Positions 29,167 to 39,976 of a stretch of 64,000 nucleotides of DNA are shown piece by piece; positions within the stretch are counted from its first letter, which is position 1, and each line of letters opens with the position of its first letter. The notes under the pieces were generated by a model that was not told where the DNA came from, searched no databases, and was given only the letters and a program-made list of their open reading frames with translations. This DNA comes from an uncultured Eubacteriales bacterium (GTDB lineage: Bacteria > Bacillota > Clostridia > Oscillospirales > Acutalibacteraceae). The DNA lies in the NCBI GenBank assembly GCA_934489895.1, contig CAKSST010000007.1, positions 5,052 through 69,051 on the forward strand, given 5' to 3'. The position numbers and the translations under genes were made by a program.

Positions 29167-29373
29167 ATGTTTGATAAACTTTGCCTTATATTAACCATAA
29201 TCGGCGCTTTCAACTGGGGACTTGTAGGTCTTTTTCAATTTGACCTTGTTTCCTGGATATTCGGCGGTTCAGACGCCATATTGAGCCGTATTGTTTACGT
29301 GGTAATCTTTTTGGCAGGCATATGGTGCATATCGCTTCTGTTCAAAAGAAGTGCACACGTGGTTCACGATTAA
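29167..29373 (+). CDS. DUF378 small membrane protein
   Basis: 68 aa. IGAFNWGLVGLFQFDLV is the DUF378 signature. Confidence 0.8.
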   Translation: MFDKLCLILTIIGAFNWGLVGLFQFDLVSWIFGGSDAILSRIVYVVIFLAGIWCISLLFKRSAHVVHD

Positions 29374-29422
29374 TAAGGTATCCTGCTTTTTTAAAATTTC
29401 GGGTGGTTTTCCACCCGTTTTT

Positions 29423-30331
29423 TTATTTCTCTGTTTTTACGGTTAATTTAGGATTGTCTTCAATGTAAAAATAAATATCAGAAACAATATCGGTACGCAA
29501 TATATCTGCACCGTTATCAGCAAGTCTCTTAACAGCCTCCTCTGACGGATGACCGTAAAAATTATAATCACCACAGGATATTGCCGCATAGCGCGGTGCT
29601 GCTGCTTTTAAAAAAGGGCTGCAGGAAGAAGTGCTACTGCCGTGATGACCAACCTTAAGCACATCACATTTTAGATTATTTTCATATTTGTTCATAATAT
29701 ACCGTTCGGTATATTCACCTGCGTCTGCCATGAGCAAAAAGCTTACATCCTTACATTCGGCTTTCAGCACAACGCTTGCATCATTAACCTCATCACCGTC
29801 AGAGCCTTCAAGCCCGCACGAAAGAACATCAAAATCAAACTTGCCTGTGCCGAAGGTCATATCTTCTTTAATAATTTCAGTATCTATACCGTTATCTCTT
29901 ATAAGCTTTCTTATCTGTGAAAAGTAATAATCTGTCGAATCGTCTTCACCAAAAAGGGTAGTGTAATAAAAACAGCCTATATCAAACTGTGAAAGTATAG
30001 AATAAAGTCCGCCTGCATGGTCAGTATGGATGTGGGTAAGTACCAGACTGTCAATTTTCTCAACACCCGCACGCTTTAGCTTGGCGGCAAGCGCATTACC
30101 CGCATCATTTATATTGCCCGTATCAATCAAGGCAATTTTTCCGCCGCTTTGTACGAGTATAGCGTCCGCTTCACCCACATCAAGCACGGCAAGATAATCA
30201 CCTGAAAGCTGAGCCCTTAAAATACCGTTAGTCTTTAAAGCAGCTTCAATCGGGCGGTAAAATACAGCAATAAGCAAAACGGCAATAATTATGGCAACAA
30301 TAATAATCTTTCGTTTTATTGATGAACTCAT
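29423..30331 (-). CDS. Membrane-anchored MBL-fold hydrolase (ComEC/Rec2 C-terminal-domain-like)
   Basis: N-terminal TM (IIIVAIIIAVLLIAVF), THIHTDHAGG metallo-beta-lactamase motif, VGHHGS. Start at MSSSIKRK, 7 nt after the ftsK stop. Confidence 0.8.
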   Translation of the reverse strand: MSSSIKRKIIIVAIIIAVLLIAVFYRPIEAALKTNGILRAQLSGDYLAVLDVGEADAILVQSGGKIALIDTGNINDAGNALAAKLKRAGVEKIDSLVLTHIHTDHAGGLYSILSQFDIGCFYYTTLFGEDDSTDYYFSQIRKLIRDNGIDTEIIKEDMTFGTGKFDFDVLSCGLEGSDGDEVNDASVVLKAECKDVSFLLMADAGEYTERYIMNKYENNLKCDVLKVGHHGSSTSSCSPFLKAAAPRYAAISCGDYNFYGHPSEEAVKRLADNGADILRTDIVSDIYFYIEDNPKLTVKTEK

Positions 30332-30338
30332 AAACAAA

Positions 30339-32717
30339 TTATTCTTCAGAAGCCTGTTTCTCCATAAGTTGTGACTTAGATATAAGCACCTTGCGAGGTT
30401 TTGAGCCCTCATAAGGACCAACTATTCCGCGTTGCTCCATCTGGTCAATAATACGCGCCGCTCTTGCATAGCCAAGCTTCAAGCGTCTTTGCAGCAATGA
30501 TGTTGACGCCTGTCCTGCTTCAACAACCACATCAATGGCCTGGTCAAGCATTACATCTGCACCGTCCTCATCATCAGCCTCAAAGCCACCGCCGCCTTTT
30601 GCGCCTTTCTTTGCTTCTTCAACCGCCCGCTTTTCAATTTCATCCATAACAGCCTCATCATAATTATTGTCATGATGGCTCTTAACATATTCAACAACTG
30701 CGGTAATTTCTTTACTGCTTACAAAACAGCCCTGAACACGCGATGCTTTGGATGCACCTAAGGGGCTGTATAGCATATCACCCTTTCCAAGCAGTTTTTC
30801 TGCACCGCCCACATCAAGAATGGTACGGCTGTCAATCTGTGAAGATACAGCAAAAGCCACACGGGTGGGAATGTTGGCTTTTATAAGACCTGTAACAACG
30901 TCAACCGACGGACGCTGTGTTGCAATAATTAAGTGCATACCTGCGGCACGTGCTTTTTGAGCAATACGGCAAATTGATTCTTCAACCTCTTTTGCCGCAG
31001 TCATCATAAGGTCAGCAAGCTCGTCAATTATTATAACAATCTGTGACATTTTAGGCATATCATCGCTTAACTCTGCAAGCTCATTATAACCTTTGAGATC
31101 TCGCACATTATTATCGGCAAACAGCTTATATCTTCTTTCCATCTCAAGCACTGCCCAGGACAAAGCACCTGATGCTTTGCGCGGGTCAGTAACAACGGGT
31201 ACAAGCAAATGGGGGATACCGTTGTAAATGCCAAGCTCAACAACCTTAGGGTCAATAAGTATAAGCTTAACATCATCAGGACTGGACTTATAAAGTATGC
31301 TGATAATTATTGAGTTTATGCAAACAGACTTACCTGAGTTTGTTGCGCCCGCAATAAGCCCGTGCGGCATATCTGCTATATCACAAACTACCGCATTACC
31401 GCCTATATCTCTGCCAAGTGCTGCTGTCAGCTTGCTTTTTGAGTTAACAAATGCGGGTGACTCAATAATCTCTCTTACAGTAACAAGTGCCGACTTTTTG
31501 TTGGGCACCTCAATGCCTACCGCCGCTTTATTGGGAATGGGCGCTTCAATACGCACACCCGCGGTAGCAAGATTAAGGGTAATATCGTCAACAAGATTCG
31601 TAATACGGTTAATTTTTACACCAGCACTGGGCTGAAGCTCATAACGTGTAACCACCGGACCGCGTGAAATATCAACAATACGTGTTTCAACACCAAAGCT
31701 TTTAAGTGTATCAACAAGCAGCTGTGCAGTCGCGTTCAGATCAGCCGCCAAAACCTGTCCCATCGCATTATCATTATCCTTAAGCAATGTTACAGGGGGA
31801 TAACGGTATGCATCATCCTTATTTATATCAATACCGCTGGAGGAGGAAGAAATATCCTCAAACTCTTTAGGTATTTTTGCATCTTTTTGTTCTTCTTTAA
31901 CTTCTTTTTTTTCAACTTCTGCGCCAATTTCAGCGGAGGTATCGTTGTATGTTTCAATAACCTTTTTGCCCTTTTCACGAACGTTTTCGACCACCTCCTG
32001 TGCTTGCGGCTCAGGCGACGGCTCAGGTACGTCAAAGGCATTGCGTTCTTTAGGCTTTTGCTCCGCCTTTGCTATCTCTTTTTCCTCAGCGTGTCTGTTA
32101 TAAGCCTCCTCAGCGTGTTTTTCAAGCTCCTGCACAGGCTTTGCCACAGTCTTAAAGAAACCTATAAGGGTTGTTCCCGTAATAAGCATAAAGAAGACAA
32201 ACAGCAAAAGTAATACGGTTATAATTGCACCTGTTTTACCAAAAATACTGAACAAAGAATGTCCTATAAGCGAGCCTATAAAGCCGCCGTTTACGGTACC
32301 GGCAAAAGCGGCAGTAAAAGCGGCTGAAAGATGCTCGAAGAACTTAACTTGCGTATCGGCTACAGTTGAAAAAATATCAACCGCGGCGCAAATAAGTGCC
32401 AAAAATACAGATGCCTCTATTATTTTGTTGCGTATCGAGCCCGAAAGCTTGTTAAGCGCAAACATTATTGCAACCCAGCCAAGCAAAAACGGCAATATGT
32501 AGGTGCAGAAGCCAAAAATGCCAAAAAGCACATTGTGCATCCACAGCCATACCTTCTGTCCTTTAATAAAAACTATGCAAAGCAAAAACACCGAAATTGC
32601 AAACAGCATAACCGATGTAATCTGTCTTTTGCTTTCAGTCATTTCCTTTTTTTGTTTTGTAATTGCCGTTGCTGTTGAGCTGCTGCTTTTACGCGGTCTT
32701 CCCCTTTTAGCTGCCAT
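30339..32717 (-). CDS. ftsK: DNA translocase FtsK/SpoIIIE
   Basis: N-terminal 4-5 TM, charged linker, motor domain (GATNSGKSVCIN, IVIIIDELADLMM, IATQRPSVDV), C-terminal gamma winged helix (ASTSLLQRRLKLGYARAARIID). Confidence 0.95.
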   Translation of the reverse strand: MAAKRGRPRKSSSSTATAITKQKKEMTESKRQITSVMLFAISVFLLCIVFIKGQKVWLWMHNVLFGIFGFCTYILPFLLGWVAIMFALNKLSGSIRNKIIEASVFLALICAAVDIFSTVADTQVKFFEHLSAAFTAAFAGTVNGGFIGSLIGHSLFSIFGKTGAIITVLLLLFVFFMLITGTTLIGFFKTVAKPVQELEKHAEEAYNRHAEEKEIAKAEQKPKERNAFDVPEPSPEPQAQEVVENVREKGKKVIETYNDTSAEIGAEVEKKEVKEEQKDAKIPKEFEDISSSSSGIDINKDDAYRYPPVTLLKDNDNAMGQVLAADLNATAQLLVDTLKSFGVETRIVDISRGPVVTRYELQPSAGVKINRITNLVDDITLNLATAGVRIEAPIPNKAAVGIEVPNKKSALVTVREIIESPAFVNSKSKLTAALGRDIGGNAVVCDIADMPHGLIAGATNSGKSVCINSIIISILYKSSPDDVKLILIDPKVVELGIYNGIPHLLVPVVTDPRKASGALSWAVLEMERRYKLFADNNVRDLKGYNELAELSDDMPKMSQIVIIIDELADLMMTAAKEVEESICRIAQKARAAGMHLIIATQRPSVDVVTGLIKANIPTRVAFAVSSQIDSRTILDVGGAEKLLGKGDMLYSPLGASKASRVQGCFVSSKEITAVVEYVKSHHDNNYDEAVMDEIEKRAVEEAKKGAKGGGGFEADDEDGADVMLDQAIDVVVEAGQASTSLLQRRLKLGYARAARIIDQMEQRGIVGPYEGSKPRKVLISKSQLMEKQASEE

Positions 32718-32736
32718 TACGCTAGTTACACTCCCA

Positions 32737-33414
32737 CTAATTTTGTTGCTCTATCATTTCATATAAACACGCAATTGCGTCTTTTAATTCACCCAAATTA
32801 TCAATCAGCCCCGTATCAACAGCGCTTGTACCGTCAATTATAGTGCCTACATCTGCCACAAGCTGTCCAACATTCATCATCAGCCTTGTAAATTCTTCGG
32901 CAGAAATTTTTGAATTTTTGGTTACAAAGCTTGTAATACGCTGCTGCATACGCTCAAGATAATTAAGCGCCTGCGGCACACCCATAACCACACCGTTAAC
33001 GCGTACAGGGTGTATTGTCATAGTTGCCGACGGTACTATAAAAGACCTTTTTGCCGCCACCGCAAGCGGCACGCCTATAGAATGTCCGCCGCCCAGCACA
33101 ATTGAAACAGTAGGCTTTTTCATACCTGCAATCAGCTCTGCAATGGCAAGGCCTGCCTCAACATCACCGCCCACCGTATTAAGAAGCACCAAAAGCCCGT
33201 CAATATTGGGGTCTTCTTCAATGCCTACAAGCTGGGGAATAACATGCTCATACTTGGTAGTTTTACTTTGGGGCGGCAATACTGTATGTCCCTCAATTTC
33301 ACCAATTATGGTAAGGCAGTATATTTTATGCTTACCGTTTGTAACGCCTTGATTGCCAAGCTCCTTTATTTGCTCAAGCTGTTCGTTATCAAAAGTTTGA
33401 TTATTGTCTTCCAT
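32737..33414 (-). CDS. tepA: ClpP-family translocation-enhancing protein TepA-like
   Basis: ClpP-like core ([29 protein letters not shown]). Sits upstream of ftsK, as ymfB/tepA does in Bacillus. Confidence 0.7.
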   Translation of the reverse strand: MEDNNQTFDNEQLEQIKELGNQGVTNGKHKIYCLTIIGEIEGHTVLPPQSKTTKYEHVIPQLVGIEEDPNIDGLLVLLNTVGGDVEAGLAIAELIAGMKKPTVSIVLGGGHSIGVPLAVAAKRSFIVPSATMTIHPVRVNGVVMGVPQALNYLERMQQRITSFVTKNSKISAEEFTRLMMNVGQLVADVGTIIDGTSAVDTGLIDNLGELKDAIACLYEMIEQQN

Positions 33415-33506
33415 TATTAACACCTTTCGTTTCTTTTAGTATTTGAAACAAAGGTGTTATACATACATAAATTTATTATACTATCAATATATAGAAAGTT
33501 CAAGTT

Positions 33507-35408
33507 TTAAGAATTATTTGTAACCAAAGCCACTTGATCAGAAAGCTCAGCCCATTTTTCATATAACGCGTCAATTTGCTGTCGGTTCTCTTCAAGGCTT
33601 GCAGAAAGGCGGATTATTTCCTCATAATCCGCAGCCGCCGCTTCCATATCCTTTTGAATCTGCTCTGACAGGCTTTCAGCCCGCTCAATCAACTCTTCGG
33701 TATGTGTAAGCTCACTTTTCAGCTTGCGCAAATTAGCCGCCTTTTGTTTTGCCTCGTGGTAGCTTTTGCCGCCCTGCCCCATTATCTTTTTAGGTTTTTG
33801 CTCTGTGGCTGCAGTTCTTTGCGCACGTGCGGTAATGTAGGCGTCATATCCGCCCTCGTATATAGCAATGCCGTCAGTCTTTAATTCTGCCACGCGTGAG
33901 GCAATTTTATTTATAAAATAACGGTCGTGCGATACAGCAAGTACAGTACCCTCATACTCGGACAGCACCCGCTCAAGTGCATTGCGTGAATTTATATCAA
34001 GATGATTTGTAGGTTCGTCCAAAAACAGCAAATTAGCACCCGAGCATAAAAGCCTGCACAGCATAAGGCGCGCTTTTTCGCCGCCGCTTAAATCACCTAT
34101 AACCTTAAAAACATCGTCACCGACAAACAAAAATGCTGCAAGGCAGTTTCTTATATCCGTAAGCTCCATGCGCGGATAAGCATTCTGCATACACTCAAGC
34201 ACAGTCTCGCTGTCGTTAAGTGTGGTGCCCAGCTGGTCAAAATACCCCACCTTAACACCTGCGCCAAAGGTAATTCTGCCGCGGCGGTCAAGCAGTTGCT
34301 TCAGCAGGGTGGTTTTGCCCACGCCGTTATCGCCTAAAATAAAAACCTTTTCTGCCTTTTCAAGCTTCATACTTACATTCTCATAAAGAGTTTTATCCTT
34401 AAAATTTGCAGTAAGTTTATCGGCGCTCAGCACATCGTTGCCCGAAAAAGCAATGGGCTTTACACAAAAACGTGCCTGCTTTTGCACAGCATCGGGTATT
34501 TCAAGGTCTTTAAGCAAGCGGTCAATCTGCTTTTGCTTGCTTTCTGCCATTCGGATATTACGCTCACGGTTAAACTGATGCTGCTGCTTTATTATACCCT
34601 CAATACGCTCAGCCTCTTTCATAGTATTTTCGTGCCTGCGGCCAACCGTCTTCCTCCGCAGCTCCTTTTGCTCGGCAAAGCGTGTATAATTGCCCGCAAA
34701 GCAATGCACCTTGCGGTTTTCAATTTCTATTGTTTTGTTTGTAACCTTATCTAAAAAATAACGGTCGTGTGATATTATTATTGCCGCACCGTTAAAGTCT
34801 TTTATATACTCTTCAAGCCATTCAATGCCGGCAATATCCAGATGGTTTGTGGGCTCGTCAAGCAATAACAAATCAGACTGCGCAAGCAACAACTTTGCAA
34901 ACCCTATTTTTGCACGCTGTCCGCCGCTTTGGGTGGTAACACAAAGCTTTTGGTCAGCATCGCTAAAACCTAAACCCGATAAAGTAGACGCCGTACGGCT
35001 TTTATAAGTGAGTCCGCCCTTAGCAATAAACGCTTCCCTTAGTTGCTGTTGCTTTTCAATAAGCTGTGCGTTTGTTTGGGTTTCAAGCTTCTTGTTAATG
35101 CAGTCAAGCTCACGCTCGGTCTGCATCAAATCGTCAAAAACCGAAAGAGTTTCTTCGTAAACCGTTTTTTGTGAATCGCGGCAGGCAAACTGGCTTAAAA
35201 TACCCACCCTGGTTCCAAAGGGCAGATTTATATTTCCGCCTTCAACCGCAAGATTGCCGGTTATAAGATTAAAAAGGGTTGTCTTGCCCGTACCGTTAGC
35301 GCCTATTAAACCTGCTTTTTCATTCTTTTCAATTGAAAAAGATGCCTTTTCGAACAGCACGCGTCCGCCGAAGCCCATAGTAAGCTCACTGACGCTTAAT
35401 ACTGACAT
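33507..35408 (-). CDS. ABC-F family ATPase (two ABC domains + C-terminal coiled coil)
   Basis: Two Walker A motifs (GANGTGKTT, GDNGVGKTT). Two signature motifs (QSGGQRAK, LSGGEKAR). No TM domain. The C-terminus is charged. Confidence 0.9.
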   Translation of the reverse strand: MSVLSVSELTMGFGGRVLFEKASFSIEKNEKAGLIGANGTGKTTLFNLITGNLAVEGGNINLPFGTRVGILSQFACRDSQKTVYEETLSVFDDLMQTERELDCINKKLETQTNAQLIEKQQQLREAFIAKGGLTYKSRTASTLSGLGFSDADQKLCVTTQSGGQRAKIGFAKLLLAQSDLLLLDEPTNHLDIAGIEWLEEYIKDFNGAAIIISHDRYFLDKVTNKTIEIENRKVHCFAGNYTRFAEQKELRRKTVGRRHENTMKEAERIEGIIKQQHQFNRERNIRMAESKQKQIDRLLKDLEIPDAVQKQARFCVKPIAFSGNDVLSADKLTANFKDKTLYENVSMKLEKAEKVFILGDNGVGKTTLLKQLLDRRGRITFGAGVKVGYFDQLGTTLNDSETVLECMQNAYPRMELTDIRNCLAAFLFVGDDVFKVIGDLSGGEKARLMLCRLLCSGANLLFLDEPTNHLDINSRNALERVLSEYEGTVLAVSHDRYFINKIASRVAELKTDGIAIYEGGYDAYITARAQRTAATEQKPKKIMGQGGKSYHEAKQKAANLRKLKSELTHTEELIERAESLSEQIQKDMEAAAADYEEIIRLSASLEENRQQIDALYEKWAELSDQVALVTNNS

Positions 35409-35596
35409 TTTAACCCCTCCTCTTTAACTTAATAATATTATCATAAATAATATAGCGTTTTCAACTTGTTTTTTGCTGATATTCTGTTATAATGGTTAGG
35501 GTAATAAATTTTAAAAGAAAATTTATCTATATCAATTAAAGTGATTGTAAATATTAATGCCGAAAACCGTTCGGCATTGGTTTTGGAGTGTGTTAT

Positions 35597-37513
35597 ATGG
35601 ATAACAAAAAGTTTTATATCACTACTGCAATAGCATACACATCGCGAAAACCGCACATAGGTAACACCTATGACATTGTGCTTGCCGATATGATTGCCCG
35701 CTACAAGCGTATGAAGGGTTTTGATGTGCTGTTTCAGACAGGCTCTGATGAGCACGGTCAGAAAATAGAAGAATGTGCTAAAGACGCAGGAGTAACGCCT
35801 AAAGAGTATGTTGACGGTATTTCCGAGCAGATAAAAGCTGTTTGGGACAGTATGAACGTGACATATGACAAGTTTATACGCACCACCGATGATTATCACG
35901 AGGATGCCGTTAAAGCAATATTTAAAAAGCTTTATGAGCAGGGCGATATCTACAAAGGCAAATACAAAGGCAAATACTGTGTTCCTTGTGAGTCATTTTT
36001 TACCCAATCACAGCTTGTTGACGGCAAATGCCCCGACTGCGGACGTGAGGTAAAAGATGCCAGTGAAGAGGCTTATTTTTTAAAACTATCAAAGTACCAG
36101 GATCAGTTGCTTGAATACTATAACAACACTCCTGATTTGTTTATGCCGGCTTCCCGCAAGGCTGAAATGGTAAACAACTTTATAAGACCCGGTCTTGCAG
36201 ATTTGTGCGTTTCCCGCTCCTCTTTCAAGTGGGGTATTCCGGTTGATTTTGATGACAAGCACGTAATTTATGTTTGGATTGACGCTCTTTCAAACTATAT
36301 TACAGGTCTTGGATACCATCCAGACGGAAGCGGTGAAAAATACAGCAAATACTGGCCTGCAGACCTTCACGTTATAGGCAAGGATATTGTGCGTTTCCAC
36401 ACAATTTATTGGCCGATTATACTGCTTGCTTTAGGTGAACCCTTACCAAAGCAAGTGCTTGCACACCCCTGGCTTTTGTTTGCTGAGGATAAAATGAGCA
36501 AATCCAAAGGCAACGTTATTTACGCTGATGAGCTTGCAAACCGCTTCGGCACAGATGCTGTACGTTATTATTTGCTTTGTGAGATGCCCTTTGCGCAGGA
36601 CGGCAGCATCACCTATGAAAGTTTTATAAACCGTTTTAACTCTGACCTTGCAAACACTTTAGGCAACCTCGTAAACCGCAGCATTGCAATGGCAAACAAG
36701 TATTTTGACGGCAAGGTTAAAAGGGGTGAGAACGATGCTCTCGGCAGCGAGCTTGTTGCCGCCGCAGGCGATACCGTTCAAAAGTATTTTGAGCTTATGG
36801 ATAAATACCACAACGCTGACGCTGTTGATACAGTAATGGCTTTTGCAAAGCGATGCAATAAGTATATTGACGAAACTGCGCCCTGGACACTGGCTAAGGA
36901 TGAGGTCAACCGCGCACAGCTTGAAGCAGTGCTTTATAATCTGCTTGAAGGCATACGCGTGCTCTCGGTAATGCTGTCCCCCATTATTCCTGAATCTGCC
37001 CAAAAAATTCAAGCTCAGCTTCGCATCGATAACTCAAGCTTTGATTTCGGCACTGTTGATACTTATTCGGTAGGTACTGCCGAGCCCTTGTTTGCCCGTA
37101 TTGACCTTGAAAAAACTTTGGCAGAGCTTGCAGCCGAGCAGGAAGAAAAAACAAAAACCAACCCCGTTGCAGAAGAAATGGTAGGCATTTCCCAAATAGG
37201 CATTGACGATTTTGTTAAAACCGACCTGCGCGCCGCAAAAATCACCGCTTGTGAAGGTGTTAAAGGCGCTAAAAAGCTGTTAAAATTAACACTTGACGAC
37301 GGCACAGGCAATCCCCGCACAGTAGCATCGGGTATTGCAAAGTACTACACACCTGAACAGCTCATAGGCAAAACTGTTGTTTTGGTAGCGAACCTTAAAC
37401 CCGCCAAGCTTTGCGGCGTTGAAAGCTGCGGTATGATTTTAGCCGCTACCGACGGTGACGATGTTAAGGTTATATTCGTTGACGGCGTAACCCCCGGCAG
37501 CAAAATAAGCTAA
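35597..37513 (+). CDS. metG: Methionine--tRNA ligase with C-terminal tRNA-binding (EMAP/Trbp111-like) domain
   Basis: HIGN (HIGH), KMSKSKGN (KMSKS), zinc knuckle CVPCE...CPDCG, C-terminal DLRAAKI...KLLKLTLD. Confidence 0.95.
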   Translation: MDNKKFYITTAIAYTSRKPHIGNTYDIVLADMIARYKRMKGFDVLFQTGSDEHGQKIEECAKDAGVTPKEYVDGISEQIKAVWDSMNVTYDKFIRTTDDYHEDAVKAIFKKLYEQGDIYKGKYKGKYCVPCESFFTQSQLVDGKCPDCGREVKDASEEAYFLKLSKYQDQLLEYYNNTPDLFMPASRKAEMVNNFIRPGLADLCVSRSSFKWGIPVDFDDKHVIYVWIDALSNYITGLGYHPDGSGEKYSKYWPADLHVIGKDIVRFHTIYWPIILLALGEPLPKQVLAHPWLLFAEDKMSKSKGNVIYADELANRFGTDAVRYYLLCEMPFAQDGSITYESFINRFNSDLANTLGNLVNRSIAMANKYFDGKVKRGENDALGSELVAAAGDTVQKYFELMDKYHNADAVDTVMAFAKRCNKYIDETAPWTLAKDEVNRAQLEAVLYNLLEGIRVLSVMLSPIIPESAQKIQAQLRIDNSSFDFGTVDTYSVGTAEPLFARIDLEKTLAELAAEQEEKTKTNPVAEEMVGISQIGIDDFVKTDLRAAKITACEGVKGAKKLLKLTLDDGTGNPRTVASGIAKYYTPEQLIGKTVVLVANLKPAKLCGVESCGMILAATDGDDVKVIFVDGVTPGSKIS

Positions 37514-38301
37514 TGCTGACAGCAATTGAAAATTTAACACCGCAGGGTGAAATATTTGATACACACGCCCATTATAACGATATAGCCTTTGCGCAGGACA
37601 GCGCAACTTTATTCGATCAGTTAAAGCTGTTTAATGTAATCGGCGGTATAACCTGCGGTTGCGATATTAAAAGCACCCGCGATAGTATTACACTCGTAAA
37701 GCGGACAAAAAACTGGTATGCTGCCGCAGGCTTTCATCCCGAAAATTTACCGCAAAGCCTTGAGAATATTGATGGAATTATACCATTTTTATCAGAAGAA
37801 AAGGTTGTTGCCGTAGGTGAAATAGGTCTTGATTATTATTGGAATTTATTTCCGAAAGAGCATCAAATAAACTGTTTTGTACGTCAGATTGAAATTGCAA
37901 AAGAGCATAATCTGCCCGCAATAGTCCACGACCGCGAATCCCACGGCGATGTGCTGAGCATTTTAAAAGAGCACAAACCGCGCGGCGTTGTACACTGCTT
38001 TTCAGGCAGTGCCCAGACCGCTTCCGAAATAATAAAGCTTGGTATGTACATCGGCATCGGCGGTGTTGTAACTTTTAAAAACGCCCGCAAAACCACAGAG
38101 GTTGTTGAAGCAATTCCGCTTGAACGTATTTTGCTTGAAACCGATGCGCCATATTTGGCGCCCGAACCCTACCGCGGGAAACAAAATCATTCAGGAATGA
38201 TTATTTTTGTTGCGCAAAAAATTGCGCAGATAAAAGGAACGGATACTGCTGCCGTTTTAAAAATTTGCAATCAGAATGCTTTTGATTTGTTTGATTTTTG
38301 A
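37513..38301 (+). CDS. tatD: TatD-family metal-dependent hydrolase
   Basis: FDTHAHY, VGEIGLDYYW, AIVHDRESHGD, HCFSGS, ETDAPYL. Confidence 0.9.
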   Translation: MLTAIENLTPQGEIFDTHAHYNDIAFAQDSATLFDQLKLFNVIGGITCGCDIKSTRDSITLVKRTKNWYAAAGFHPENLPQSLENIDGIIPFLSEEKVVAVGEIGLDYYWNLFPKEHQINCFVRQIEIAKEHNLPAIVHDRESHGDVLSILKEHKPRGVVHCFSGSAQTASEIIKLGMYIGIGGVVTFKNARKTTEVVEAIPLERILLETDAPYLAPEPYRGKQNHSGMIIFVAQKIAQIKGTDTAAVLKICNQNAFDLFDF

Positions 38302-38359
38302 AAGAATAATCCCAATATGTTTCGCAAATAATATTTGTGAAAGAGGGGTGAATTCTTTT

Positions 38360-38476
38360 ATGAATAACAATAATAACAACGGTAAAAACAAGCAGAACAA
38401 TAAGCCCACAGATAAAAAGCCCGTTGATAAAAACAATCAGCCCGAGGCTGACAATAATCCTACTTCACGCCAATAA
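38360..38476 (+). CDS. 38-aa hydrophilic Asn/Lys-rich small protein (hypothetical)
   Basis: MNNNNNNGKNKQNNKPTDKKPVDKNNQPEADNNPTSRQ. RBS AGAGGGG about 10 nt upstream. Hairpin terminator aacctgtcgaaa...tttcggcaggtt plus a T-run downstream. Confidence 0.4.
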   Translation: MNNNNNNGKNKQNNKPTDKKPVDKNNQPEADNNPTSRQ

Positions 38477-38605
38477 TTTAATCTTTTATACTTTATAACC
38501 TGTCGAAAACATTTTTATTGCTTTCGGCAGGTTATTTTTAGTATTGAAAATAATTATGTTTTGCAGTATTATACAATAATAATAATAAATTTTTATGAAA
38601 GAAGT

Positions 38606-39970
38606 ATGCTTGTGAACATTATTATTGTAGGATGCGGTAAAATAGGCAGAGCAATTTTAGCTAATCTGTTGGGTGAAGGACATAATGTTACAGCAGTTGA
38701 TAAAAAGCAATCGGTTTTAGAAGACGTAACAAATATGTTTGACGTTATGACTCTTTGCGGCAACGGCGCCGACAGCGATGTTTTAGGCGAAGCAAACGCC
38801 GCAAAATGCGACCTTTTCATTGCCTGTACCGATTCTGACGAGAACAATATGCTCTCCTGTTTCCTTGCGCAGAAAATGGGCGCAAAAAACAGCATATCAA
38901 GAATCCGCAACCCCGAATACAACGATAAAAGTCTTTCATTTATAAAAAACAAGCTGGGTATTTCTGTTACTATTAATCCCGAACTTCTTGTGGCAAAAGA
39001 GGTGCTTAATCTTTTAAAGCTTCCCTCTGCCGTAAAAATCGAAACCTTTTCAAGAAACTTTGAGCTTGTTGAGATAAAGCTTTCACAAAATTCTGTATTA
39101 GACGGTTTAAGTCTTAGAGAACTGCGTGATAAATATAAAGCAAAATATCTTATCTGCACCGTACAAAGAGATGATAACATATATATCCCCGACGGTAACT
39201 TTGTGCTCAAAAGCGGTGATGTTATAGGTATTTGTGCCGTTCCGAGCGAAATCCAGAAATTCTTTAAAATGTTAGGCATACTAAAAAAACAAGCCAAAAG
39301 CGTTATGATACTGGGTGGCGGCAGACCGACCTATTATCTCACAAAAATGCTTAATGAAATCGGCATTTCGGTAAAAATTGTTGATAAGGACATTGCCATC
39401 TGCGAGCAATTAAGCCGCCTTTTGCCCAACAATGTTGTTATAAATGGTGACGGCGCACAGCAGGATATTCTTGTTGAAGAGGGTCTTAACGAGGTTGATG
39501 CCTTTGTTTCTCTTACCGGTATGGATGAGGAAAATATTCTTATTTCACTTTTTGCCGCCTTGCAAAAGGTGCCCAGTGTAATTACCAAAATAAACAGTGA
39601 TGAGTTAACCTCTCTTTCGGAAAAAATCGGTGTTCAGACAATTGTTTCTCCCGTAACGGCATCCTCAAATAAAGTTGTACAATACGCAAGAGCCCTGCAA
39701 AATTCAATGGGCAGCAACAATATAGAAACCCTTTACAAATTAATGGATGGCAAAGCCGAAGCGTTGGAGTTTAATGTTTCGTCCGACTCTGCAGTTACAA
39801 ACATTGCATTAAAAGACCTTAACACTAAAACAAACATCCTTATTGCAGGTATCATAAGAGGCCGTAAAATTATTATCCCCTCAGGCGATGACTGTATTTT
39901 AAAAGGCGACCGCGTGGTAGTACTTGCAGCAGGTCAGCGCTTGCATGACCTTACTGATATATTGAGGTGA
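38606..39970 (+). CDS. trkA: Trk/Ktr potassium uptake regulatory protein TrkA (double RCK)
   Basis: Two Rossmann starts (IIIVGCGKIG, VMILGGGRPT), each followed by an RCK_C-like segment. The exact start is uncertain. Confidence 0.85.
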   Translation: MLVNIIIVGCGKIGRAILANLLGEGHNVTAVDKKQSVLEDVTNMFDVMTLCGNGADSDVLGEANAAKCDLFIACTDSDENNMLSCFLAQKMGAKNSISRIRNPEYNDKSLSFIKNKLGISVTINPELLVAKEVLNLLKLPSAVKIETFSRNFELVEIKLSQNSVLDGLSLRELRDKYKAKYLICTVQRDDNIYIPDGNFVLKSGDVIGICAVPSEIQKFFKMLGILKKQAKSVMILGGGRPTYYLTKMLNEIGISVKIVDKDIAICEQLSRLLPNNVVINGDGAQQDILVEEGLNEVDAFVSLTGMDEENILISLFAALQKVPSVITKINSDELTSLSEKIGVQTIVSPVTASSNKVVQYARALQNSMGSNNIETLYKLMDGKAEALEFNVSSDSAVTNIALKDLNTKTNILIAGIIRGRKIIIPSGDDCILKGDRVVVLAAGQRLHDLTDILR

Positions 39971-39976
39971 CCGCGT

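Noticed and set aside
35409-35596. T-box or other riboswitch in front of metG
   Set aside because: The distance from the promoter (about 35466-35493) to the start codon is only about 100 nt. There is no T-box sequence or specifier stem, only a short hairpin (atgccgaa-aaccg-ttcggcat, 35557-35577) with a weak U-tract.
38593-39297. 234-aa ORF antisense to trkA, and similar long antisense ORFs (2732..3265, 35441..35899, 21765..22247, 62763..63272)
   Set aside because: Each is fully embedded in, or overlaps, a gene with unambiguous family motifs on the other strand. Their compositions are Ser/Leu/Cys/Arg-rich, typical of antisense frames.
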